From a virus, in IMG/VR virus record IMGVR_UViG_3300027917_000042, positions 7,712 to 71,711 of that record: 64,000 nucleotides of DNA. One strand, given 5' to 3'. Of this stretch, positions 20,601 through 25,931 are shown piece after piece. Under the pieces are notes generated by a model. It made no database searches, was not told the origin of the DNA, and saw nothing but the letters and a program-made list of their open reading frames with translations. The stretch's first letter is position 1. Every line of letters starts with the position of its first letter. Made by a program: the position numbers and the translations under genes.

Positions 20601-22284
20601 TCAGGGGATCGCCATTGGCGACGCGCTGCAGGGTGTCGTTGCTGACATCCCTGACTTCCATGCCTGCTTGGGCAGCCTCTTCGGCGCTGACCTCGTCGGC
20701 CCGTTCAATGTAATCATCTCGTGGAGGTGGCTCAGAGCCACTCTCCTGCGCTCTGATGCGATCCGCAAGGTAACCGAGCCCACCACCAGCCGCACCCAGT
20801 CCAGCGCCTCCCAGAGCGGCTGGGAAGCCGCCCTCCGTGAGAATCTTGGCTGCCTCGACGTAGTCCCCGTTTTCCAGCGCGGTATTGAGCTTGTCGCGGG
20901 TCTCTTCGTCGTACACCAGACCCGCCACGTTCTGCATTGTTTCCTGCAGGAACTCGGTCGCGCCTTCGCCGGTCATCGCCAGCGCCAGTCGTCCGACAAG
21001 GCTCTTGCCCCCGGGCAGCTTGCCGAGGATGGCATCGAGGCCGGTCTTCTCCAACGCCGCGTTGACCGCTCCGGTCACCGAGGTCGCGATCACATACTGG
21101 TCATCCGAGATCTCGGAGCCTGTCATCTCTTCGAACTCGTTGATGTTCCCGGCCTGATCCATGGCCTCCATCCAGCCCATGAAAGACATTGGCGAGCCGG
21201 TCTGGCTGGCGAGGTAGGCCGCGTACAAGGTCGGAATGCCCTGACCGATGGCCGCGCCGAGAACATCCGGGTTCTTCGCCGCCTCCCACAAGAGCGCGAC
21301 ATCACCCTCTTCGAGGAACCGCTCCCATGCTTTCTGTCCCTCTTCGATACCCGCCGCTTTCTCTTTGAACATCGGCACGGTGTCGTTGAGGATCTGCATC
21401 GAGCGACCGATCTCGTCGGCCACGTCGCTGGTGCCCGCCGCGTGGAACTTGCCGAAGTCGTGGCCTTTGGCAATCTTGTCGAGGATCAGGGTCGGAGCCC
21501 CGAACGGGTTCAGCCAGTCCGGCACGCCCCGCTCCTGCAGCGCACGGTATGCGCCACGGGTATATCTGGAGGCCGACTCCGGCGTGCGGTAGATCATCTC
21601 GCTCATGCCGAGCGTGCCTTCGATGCCGCCCGCAGCCCCGGTCTCGGCAAATTGCCCGAGCCAACTGCCCTCGTCTTGCGGCTCGGCTGGCATGTATTTC
21701 TTCCATGGCCCCTGATCGCCTGACTGAGTCAGGTTCTGGGGCATGCTGGGAGAAATTTTGGTAGCGTCTATTTCCTCCGGCGTCCATGGACGGCCCGTGT
21801 CTGGATTGATTTCCTGCTGCTCTGGCTGCTGGGTCTGGTATTTCGACCATGGGCCCTCGTCCTGTGGGGCCTCCATGCGAGCCATCACTTTCTGGACATA
21901 GGGCTCGGTCTCCTGCCGCTTCGGCAGCGAAGCATAATCTCGCCCGGACGCCAGCCACCTGTCCGCGTTGCGTGGCCCGGCGTTGTACGCGATCAGCGCC
22001 GCTTCGGTATCGCCGCCGTACTTGCGGTACATGGCCGACAAGTATTCCTCGCCCTTCTGCTGCAGCGCCATCGGATCTTCCCATTTCTCCTCAGGCAATG
22101 GCTCAACGCCGTACCCCGGATCCCGCAAGGTCTCCGGCATAGTCTGCATCGTGCCAATCGCACCGACTGGAGAAACCGCGCTGGGATCAGCGCCGCTCTC
22201 GGCGTAGCGCACCGCTTCAAACAGGCGGGGGTCTGGATCCTGAGGCCGCTGGTACTTCGACCAAGGCCCGGCGGGCGTCGTCAT
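8599..22284 (-). CDS. Giant (4561 aa) polyvalent internal virion/ejection protein: N-terminal lytic transglycosylase, several enzyme-like domains, C-terminal LPD38-like region
   Basis: SLT motifs ES-G...GAIGTMQ..P.T...AYNAG...ET..YV; HEIAH and HEVVGH zincin-like motifs; GNAT-like segment (LVNWYKRNGF); C-terminal PFLNARMQG...YWHF...PKPFEVG. Follows the other ejection genes. Confidence 0.9.
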   Translation of the reverse strand: MTTPAGPWSKYQRPQDPDPRLFEAVRYAESGADPSAVSPVGAIGTMQTMPETLRDPGYGVEPLPEEKWEDPMALQQKGEEYLSAMYRKYGGDTEAALIAYNAGPRNADRWLASGRDYASLPKRQETEPYVQKVMARMEAPQDEGPWSKYQTQQPEQQEINPDTGRPWTPEEIDATKISPSMPQNLTQSGDQGPWKKYMPAEPQDEGSWLGQFAETGAAGGIEGTLGMSEMIYRTPESASRYTRGAYRALQERGVPDWLNPFGAPTLILDKIAKGHDFGKFHAAGTSDVADEIGRSMQILNDTVPMFKEKAAGIEEGQKAWERFLEEGDVALLWEAAKNPDVLGAAIGQGIPTLYAAYLASQTGSPMSFMGWMEAMDQAGNINEFEEMTGSEISDDQYVIATSVTGAVNAALEKTGLDAILGKLPGGKSLVGRLALAMTGEGATEFLQETMQNVAGLVYDEETRDKLNTALENGDYVEAAKILTEGGFPAALGGAGLGAAGGGLGYLADRIRAQESGSEPPPRDDYIERADEVSAEEAAQAGMEVRDVSNDTLQRVANGDPLTDEEMFNLQRSGLGRVLNAAEGRMTLTPEGRRQLVGEGQTRAQALDQRIRQSRTPDITRLTDAELRQKVRSMGDVESLIGQAPTETDLAKQIQGKVFYADMEAGGMPRLEKKRREGMLSVTINPENPLQLPRDAFDQLRPEEFEFIRREGYDAIISDSGEAIALDPSILRYVRGSGDDGRDEYGFTRDAKQDFEALADAQRGKPEMAMLRAQSLTGGGVMQVMVEHLGDLTHRMSERTANESRDQGLEFVWPKVQRGISYLTNPYGFKREFEENLQNNFRLWQEEPRFAPKWWKKFEEKTGKAPTFEDYRELVDRALKEYADEHRKLPAYNEAQKTARDVAVALGEQKFDLATSRLKRLREMMVDPDDPQNLDTIDLPEGPISIPKPALDQKPSVDRWVSNARRHPSITTPSLSRVRRRRRAPSGEWYQERYPTRGEKPVGSPPGIKDVRAVGRFVTKLRNRVRRGEGKDGGGRALIPPDAWTWYEDAGAVIRKLVKGDMQDMEKMVRLLALMSPNTSVETNVTKWITGIYNAYKEGRLSDLTKIPGALMGNEDLIKALEADELTINTRGVGPKLLNFYRNLWDATFEQDRYPDAVTIDLWMAREFGFTNEEKLTPNQYEFARKVIVDATADYNQQYNTDYRPRQFQAALWVLARGGRRGSFAELIRGSSANAAFETIPSESFNEGRVLARLTDAERTQFTEEMLNVLGADDGRNELLDALGLPLYVTEQMRGGYLGTTAPGALMEAPLLKAAEGYDRNTADIIAKALQYIYRQDSVIWFRPVKSEAKEPPSPNKEGYDQAFAVRFDKALTSEDIGLLAAMLEQYFPGQGFTVTEPDEITLINLDGVDPETGEAPSTSRKKAANNAKWLDGVRSWISEISTPFGIIKDDSSPMTVESSGYRRTVHDWEADEKGSRLRDEIQARRPGLESRLDDWRGRAEQVTKRWAGRAKTSPRSAAAPVPVDRLDHGGRAQVEIYGRFGSLRKEPTTNRLKIYNLAPAIDNPQGTTEKLLADYGYELEVFSYDPDRFRLPKLKKQGYEQGTVWIYDPEVERGSFKDTEYTRAWRVSHEIAHGITEQLMQEKYGDSYRYGRLGRIAMLPRGKPPNQKLVEQRPMTLKEAQRALEWEDLAFRLQRMLLEQVGITISEEQFTQEYNTNLSDAMYRSLTGEFGDPGEYGFMPNAARRVAIKDVLKSLQETEQALAEKAGREPTEGINLNTWQRVPDSELRRLMDQRRAEHQAPTTGQSLDDMRISVSEDGTLTLKEPKRFSRKVKISTPDYGKNVEAMIKEWMEGTEANPFGAPERIVEWKAAAQLRPADKNTISIESIRAFEINKGDGGMALRRINELADKHGVTLQLNPVPFGEEGLTRGQLVNWYKRNGFRLRAEAPFLYERRPRKATRYSKKKTNEGKGLGKQAVQNAVRQVYRRMNSAPRVIVVETVEDLPHDIYLKLKEEQAQDPQSQALTRTQGMYDIHGMFDTVYLIGANINTNEDAIETLLHEVVGHYGTQGVLSTAQWERVMDRIWNTFPDLVKDAAKRNGLNVADLTQRRIASEEVIAYYTGQALRSKSIPEKMKQIIEDLVEMFRVWLDRAMGKGHGITKRQIRGIISEGWNFVHRPGGYKHQVVKLHRNHRFSMYSPHFYSALHRWLGSLPEIKSGGRTKEQWQQEIASAVKKGLIKQDELDWTDIDTLLESPTINDIYRHWSGRRDDKIDEVFHLYPDKDVEAAYSRKDELDVERGQLEEKIASTLWPSRTDMYHRKTIVNALVNGTAEISRAGLENYDQRYSWQDYTQGLSDTDATYRAVRRMVKRIRDMEEEYNDLRSMIVRYGERPAKRIPVQVMLNWVGEVGVKVTVTNPKSDLDWAEADSFTSTSPDEESHPDYDDYNSFLDAKAEEEMKEQFGTSAFGTSDALDKKLEDAGWRGIAEHWYSQERDAVEEDDADYENELREYASNNETEIDGEYIASDILTSSNKEDWEKEYNSGLVAKWYWIYENHQFNVEGNVAEDEYDLTIDGTDWGTAMAAEDVTESIREWVDEQEQLPATKWTGPSYNLEGGEDYEETLIQWDINETLFTADAHWDDIPNIIVHLRHDIRYTPDGEKILFIDEIQSDWHQELRDAGVKSPETARRLKEEIHQLHLNEYNRSVRPKGETLIEDALETMSFVDLMDFIVYGETHKQWNDNPSAEQLMENPGGPAFHFRQKWLDQVVGKHPRNQFQNLSTLDSKHAAPLGRVTDQMLEALGTFANRAMLERLAQNNTPHKNENEAQYGAIIANALTGKFAYFREYDGKTVIAYPKAKVSDDGTHTYQWYDGSPAPDWRATGSAGWVDAVITPDDIKEIFAPDKVAEIKSTLIKQLFRSLRDLDLTYDVTHPEFDQQNRMVTGAYAEALAGYLNKISRNGQGPLFDETTLVPAQEWLPQSYKERGGDYKLSDLVNDLSDFRDSSIGQMALEFTEREDKIHRAETGMDPAPFEKTYHLLALKWALAEANRRGIKKVAIANGEVHGFRWNAGQLYDYVEVVSSSNVEGFAGPNALFQNTPSNEIPPESEFKDTSIARKFQKARDAGYSGNLYEWANENVDRLYRLQTYDKGEAKTRYVVTREDLPQFLGNAVAKQVIADEEEARSASGSDVNFVGVDAVDLTGHRQMAAGGYSPRFMTGSRSVYNKIQPNVFTNKLLKKFGTKVEWGAIKGKPNMEAGMIPYFDKPIEAVEKEIRQKYRVKETRMTEEEIDEYIANSYGEEVTVPEDVDFGKYRINTRALGASRQWADDAVFREKIWKRPKSMGDKYRMLSGQQGEFREVEVNDYYLIATKEEVAAERQRIKREPIFVLQKKVTRVTSSGDKTGWNSQADPAKAITTYGTRADWVSDEDKRLYHMDSRDVRKQLEAIVMDELESAAKAFGAWMIDIPPKLETELNDRGLPLFSRAPPPEQAEGLKELDQKVAGEGPGPLERFQSFVYRVLGVENKKAHIEQALLDQFAGIRHAIRSYYGQQGLPPELDPYKHAHLTTSPDSQIYVTLMEGTLEWRDGVSQVKEGSNGLLKILEPVGKRIDEWGKFMVARRAKRLYLEGIGKEGSEGMLFNIKQHLERTQSVPFGKLADVGAEQYMRAPPSELEWIREAVWQGILDGSLPQEIQDQIQRAGREQLLSPKAIAAGLWLGEQNPVFEQVADDYAQFMKEMLDWAQTAGVINPETRPLWENADYIPFYRLRDDQLGAGFSEQSGTVPPTLTGTSAVARQMLTQGLANQRSPIRKLRGGKSMLGNPMENILINLNMLMQTTMRNNAALMTIDALDGSGMVTKVKGFEFLEEKTIAEGDLKRRLSNVGIDVADMDQAALSALKKMWVVGTPKDPDVITILRNGKKEFYHVHDELLFRSLTAINQRHFQSFFGSLAMAPFRFTKRLLTTMITLDPAFMGANWMRDGPMAFVNSRYAKMLRPDRSLAGIGEALTLSKQMKTMMASGAAFYSGYINAGDPAAMSKSIKRAVRRSGVKGKILNTPFRLAHAYNDVAAAMENSNRIAYGYKPALDETGSVMEAVFESKDLMNFAKHGDLPIVAFFIQTVPFLNARMQGLYRYGQRQMGEGVKAAGVTLLKSMIITMATLALYWYNRDDERYKRLTQEDKDLYWHFWVGDMHYRQPKPFEVGALYGTVPERMWEWIESDADDATKLAMDRLGWIIGEMFNFDLRQIQLVTPLVEAARNYNSFFKGPIVPYYLQKVDPRYQYTETTSPTAREIAEAMPYDWPMLPDFIESPMMVEHIMRGYFGTLGSYIMMATDTAIRAQSDKYAKAPQLRADQLPIMKRFWRGYEPPVSYEKMEDGRNVIVLPKVEEGATFPRRTAWESMLYDFRKAAVQVEETMRDIEEGERLPDHLEKGYMARRARYFKGLTNEQVYDAIRDVKDSSKEIREIRKEIDEVMRNKVMTPEAKLMELEKKYREIEKAALEWYVGRPGSGFKEPGEDVRPEELPPLIMTEEMWEERQKLSDEEVIGWLQKKYPATAELYADVSKGGLR

Positions 22285-23625
22285 TTATTGTCTCTGCCAG
22301 TTTCTGGGATCGGAGGGATCGCCCCCCTTGAACACGTAACCGTCCTCGACTGTCCCAACGGGCGGCGCTCCGGCTTGCGGAGCAATCCCTTGCGTGCCCG
22401 GCGGCATGCCTTGCGGTGGTCCGCCCTGCTGCTGCGGGTTCAGACCGCCCTGCTGCTGTCCCGCCCCTTGACCACCGTACATGGCCCCGGCCATTTCACG
22501 AAGGATCCTGTCGAACTCCATGCGGCCCTGCTCCGTGGCTTGCCAGTCTTCGACTTTTCGGCCACGCACTTTGAGCTTCGGATCCTTCGCATAGATCACC
22601 TGCAACTGAGCGTACTGGTCTTCCACAGACCGGGCATTGCTTGCCGCGATCATACCCGCGATCCTCGGCTCCACACCGGACTCGATCAGCACCTGATATT
22701 TTTGCTGGAAGACGCTGTCCTTTGCGTGCCCGCCCGGCGTCAAACCCGGCTGAATCGGCTGGCCCGTCTCCGGGTCCAGAGACTGATCCCACTGGCCGGT
22801 CTCGGCATTCCACGTCCGCAGTCCGCTCGCCGAATCGTAGGTGGCCGGTGGCTTCGCTGCCCGGTCCAGTGCGCCCTCGCGCTGACGAACCCGCTCGGAC
22901 AGGATGTCGAGAGCCCGCTGCCTGCGATTCTCGGTCATTTCTCTTGCCGTCGCTTCGCGGCCCTGTTTCAGGCCCTGCATCTCCTGCACCGTGGGCACAC
23001 CTGCCGCGCCGAAAGCTCCCCCGGCACTCATGGTCTCAGACGCAGCCATCATCCTGAGCCCAAAGCTCATGATGAACAGGCCCTTCTCTTCCTTGGTCAA
23101 CTCGGTCTCGGGCTTTTCAACCCCGCCAAGCTGATCGAACAACTCGTTGTACGCCTCCACCAGATCCACGCCGGTCCCTTCCAGCGCATCGGCCATCTGC
23201 TTGGCTTTCTCCGGCGCGGCCTTGGCTCCCTGCTTGGCGCGATCTATTTCCTGCTTCACCATCTCGGGCCCGGACTGCTGAGCGGCGGCAGGAGAGGGCG
23301 TCGCAGGGGGCTGCTGAGCCCCAGCCAGCGCAGGGGCAGCTGCTGGTTGGTTGCCCGGCAAACCACCCTGCGACGCCGCAGGCTGATTGTTGCTAGGCAA
23401 GGCCCCTGCGGACGTCGCCGGTTGTGCGATTGGGGCCGCGCCGGAAACGGCATCAAACCCCGCGTTCGTCTGTTCTTTGTCTCCGCCGCCGAACAGGTTG
23501 GCGAACATCCCCGGAAGATCAAACTTCGGTTTGCCGCCGTATATCTCTGACGCTGGCGGTGCCTGCGCCGGTCTGATTCTGCCGTCCGGCAACTGCTGAA
23601 ACTTGTAAGGCTCGAATGCTGGCAT
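22285..23625 (-). CDS. Internal virion / ejection protein
   Basis: Ala/Gln/Gly-rich helical protein with C-terminal GTVEDGYVFKGGDP.D..NW motif; positioned before the giant protein. Confidence 0.75.
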   Translation of the reverse strand: MPAFEPYKFQQLPDGRIRPAQAPPASEIYGGKPKFDLPGMFANLFGGGDKEQTNAGFDAVSGAAPIAQPATSAGALPSNNQPAASQGGLPGNQPAAAPALAGAQQPPATPSPAAAQQSGPEMVKQEIDRAKQGAKAAPEKAKQMADALEGTGVDLVEAYNELFDQLGGVEKPETELTKEEKGLFIMSFGLRMMAASETMSAGGAFGAAGVPTVQEMQGLKQGREATAREMTENRRQRALDILSERVRQREGALDRAAKPPATYDSASGLRTWNAETGQWDQSLDPETGQPIQPGLTPGGHAKDSVFQQKYQVLIESGVEPRIAGMIAASNARSVEDQYAQLQVIYAKDPKLKVRGRKVEDWQATEQGRMEFDRILREMAGAMYGGQGAGQQQGGLNPQQQGGPPQGMPPGTQGIAPQAGAPPVGTVEDGYVFKGGDPSDPRNWQRQ

Positions 23626-23639
23626 GATTACGTTCCCCC

Positions 23640-24716
23640 TCAGTAGCCGCTCGGCCCGAAACTACTGGTGTCGCCAAAGTAAGGGCTCTGCTCTGGCGGC
23701 GTGCCCGGCATGCCAGCCCAGCCGGTGTTGGCTGCTGACTGCATCATCCATGGGCTTGGCGTATAGGTGTTGCCACCGTAAGAATTAGGCGATGCCGCTG
23801 GCATGCCAAAACCCGGCGCAGGCTGGGAACCGCCGCCGAAGAAGCTCTTCGCCACACCCATGGCCCCGGTGAACAAGCCGCCGGTCGATGCCCCGTAGAT
23901 GGTTGCCGCGAGGCCCACCGCCTGACCGAGGGCGCTGGGCTTGTTCTTGGTCTCTGAAGTCTCGGTGACGGTGTAGGATCCCTTGATCCCATCCAGCGTA
24001 GTCAGGAGCGCATCGAGCCCGCGCATGTCCCAGTCCCGGCCCTCGACAAATTGCTGATAGTCGAAGTCCTTCCGCATCTGCTCCACGCCGCGCTGGGTCG
24101 CACCCGTGGTCATCAGGTTCTGGATGTCCTGCGTGTTCATGTTCATCGTGTTCTGAGCCAGCGTCAGGTAATCCCCAGCTGCCTGTCTGGACCGGTCCAT
24201 GTCCTGTGCCCAGCGATCAGCGCCCGCCTCGAACGCTTGGAAGTATCCCTGCCCGTAGAGATCCTTGACGTTCTGGCCGGTCGATTTCCTGAGCGCCTCG
24301 TACCCGGCGGCGGTCCTGCCACCACCGAATGCGCCCTGCGAAGACTGCATGCCCTGCAGACGGTTCTGCTCCATCAGCGCCTGCTCGCGGATGTTTCGTG
24401 CTGCAGGATTGAGCGCCCCTTCGAGGTAGGGGTTCATATACGCCTGAATGTCAGCGTCGGTGAATCGCTCGGTCGTTCTGCCCAGCAGGCCCCGGGCCGT
24501 ATCCACGTCCCCGGCCCACTGGCCTGCCGCCGTCCGGGCCAGACCGATGCCCTGCTGCTCGTTCTGGGTCAGCCCGGCAACCCGTTCCCCGGTGTACGGG
24601 GTGTACTGCTGGTTAGCAATACGCTGACCAATCCCGACCGCCTGCCGAGAAGTTCCCTCGACCCAGTCAGGAACTTCCCTACTACTCTTCGTCTTCGTCT
24701 TGCTGGACCCGCCCAT
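23640..24716 (-). CDS. Internal virion / DNA-transfer (pilot) protein
   Basis: MGGSSKTKT start, YTPYTGERVAGLT, YMNPY, GAFGGGR, Gly/Ala-rich C-terminus, as in podoviral ejection proteins. Confidence 0.78.
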   Translation of the reverse strand: MGGSSKTKTKSSREVPDWVEGTSRQAVGIGQRIANQQYTPYTGERVAGLTQNEQQGIGLARTAAGQWAGDVDTARGLLGRTTERFTDADIQAYMNPYLEGALNPAARNIREQALMEQNRLQGMQSSQGAFGGGRTAAGYEALRKSTGQNVKDLYGQGYFQAFEAGADRWAQDMDRSRQAAGDYLTLAQNTMNMNTQDIQNLMTTGATQRGVEQMRKDFDYQQFVEGRDWDMRGLDALLTTLDGIKGSYTVTETSETKNKPSALGQAVGLAATIYGASTGGLFTGAMGVAKSFFGGGSQPAPGFGMPAASPNSYGGNTYTPSPWMMQSAANTGWAGMPGTPPEQSPYFGDTSSFGPSGY

Positions 24717-25158
24717 GCTCGCTCCTCAGGAATGTGCCGCCGAGATATTGGTATCCCTTCATCTTCAGCAGCCGATCTTTGATGTCGATGTTTTCGCCCC
24801 CGGCATTGATGCCGAGCAGTATAGGTGCATTCTTGTCATCCGCGAAGGCATGCGCAGCCCTCATTAATGCGTCGAAAGCACCCAATTCCCTGTACTTCTT
24901 TTGTACGTAGAGCCATTCGAGATAGAGAAACCACTTTGGACTCCACGGAAACTGGTAACTCGTCAGCGCCATGGAGCCAACGATGCGCCCAGAAAGATCA
25001 ACGCACATCACGTAGCCTTCCGCGAGGGTACGTGCTATCCAGTTGATCGCTCGTGCTTCATCAGCTTCCGGGTAAGCGCCTCCTTCTGAATGACAACTCA
25101 GCAACAGCCTCAGGATGTTGCTGGCGTCGAGGGGCTTAGCCTGTCTGATCTTGATCAC
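24682..25158 (-). CDS. GNAT-family acetyltransferase-like protein
   Basis: IRQAKPLD start, LYVQKKYRELG motif A, GYQYLGG. Confidence 0.85.
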   Translation of the reverse strand: MIKIRQAKPLDASNILRLLLSCHSEGGAYPEADEARAINWIARTLAEGYVMCVDLSGRIVGSMALTSYQFPWSPKWFLYLEWLYVQKKYRELGAFDALMRAAHAFADDKNAPILLGINAGGENIDIKDRLLKMKGYQYLGGTFLRSEHGRVQQDEDEE

Positions 25159-25166
25159 TTCTCCTC

Positions 25167-25508
25167 CTAGATCATTCGCCGTAATGCGTCGAAGATGTTC
25201 GACGGTGTGATGTCGTTGCCATTGGCAGCGACGTAAAGATCATGGATGCCCTGCATGGTCTCGCGAGCATCCGCGATGATGGCGACCTGCTCAGCAGTAG
25301 CCGTACCAGCAATGGGGTCCGGGTTGCCATTGGTATCCTGAAACAAAAGATCAGCCATGCCTTGATCCGTGCCGCCCGCGTATTGGTAAACCTCGATGAA
25401 GCGTTGATACGACTCTTCCCCATCGTTCAGGCTTTTCACCATGTTCGATGCGAGCGTGCCTATTTCGTTTTGTGCTGGTATCCAGCGTTTGGTGCTGGTG
25501 TGGCTCAT
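25167..25508 (-). CDS. Hypothetical (tail-associated) protein
   Basis: RBS GGAGA; in the tail operon. Confidence 0.7.
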   Translation of the reverse strand: MSHTSTKRWIPAQNEIGTLASNMVKSLNDGEESYQRFIEVYQYAGGTDQGMADLLFQDTNGNPDPIAGTATAEQVAIIADARETMQGIHDLYVAANGNDITPSNIFDALRRMI

Positions 25509-25517
25509 AACTTTCTC

Positions 25518-25931
25518 CTACGGCACGCTGAGCGTGCCAGTGAAACTTCCATCAAAAGACCCGATTGTCGCGCCTGACCTTGTATTGTCGAACGACAGAT
25601 AAATTGTGTACGCTCGGTCCAGCCCGGAATTGTTATGCCACCATTCGCGGGCCGTACCGTTACCGATTTGCAACCACGTATTCTGTGCATCCGTACCGAC
25701 TACGCCAGCCGATGAAAAATAAACCGAGAACTCTTGTGAAGTCACTGTCGGCGTGACCCAGTCACCTTTTGCTGAATAGGTGATGTTGGCCGTCCGCTGA
25801 TCCATGCTGCCGTCAGCGTTCAAACGAAGACCGGCGTGAGTGGTGCCAGTGACATTGACCGTACCGCCGAGAAAATCGAATACCCGCCCCGCTGCTGCTA
25901 CGACCCCATAAGGAAATGCGCTCACGCTCAT
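25518..25931 (-). CDS. Small tail-fibre-associated protein, paralog of 34555-34980
   Basis: Shares AGLRLNADGSMDQRTAN...REWWHN...RAYTIYLSFDNT...SFTG.LSVP with 34555-34980; coupled to the fibre gene. Confidence 0.8.
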   Translation of the reverse strand: MSVSAFPYGVVAAAGRVFDFLGGTVNVTGTTHAGLRLNADGSMDQRTANITYSAKGDWVTPTVTSQEFSVYFSSAGVVGTDAQNTWLQIGNGTAREWWHNNSGLDRAYTIYLSFDNTRSGATIGSFDGSFTGTLSVP

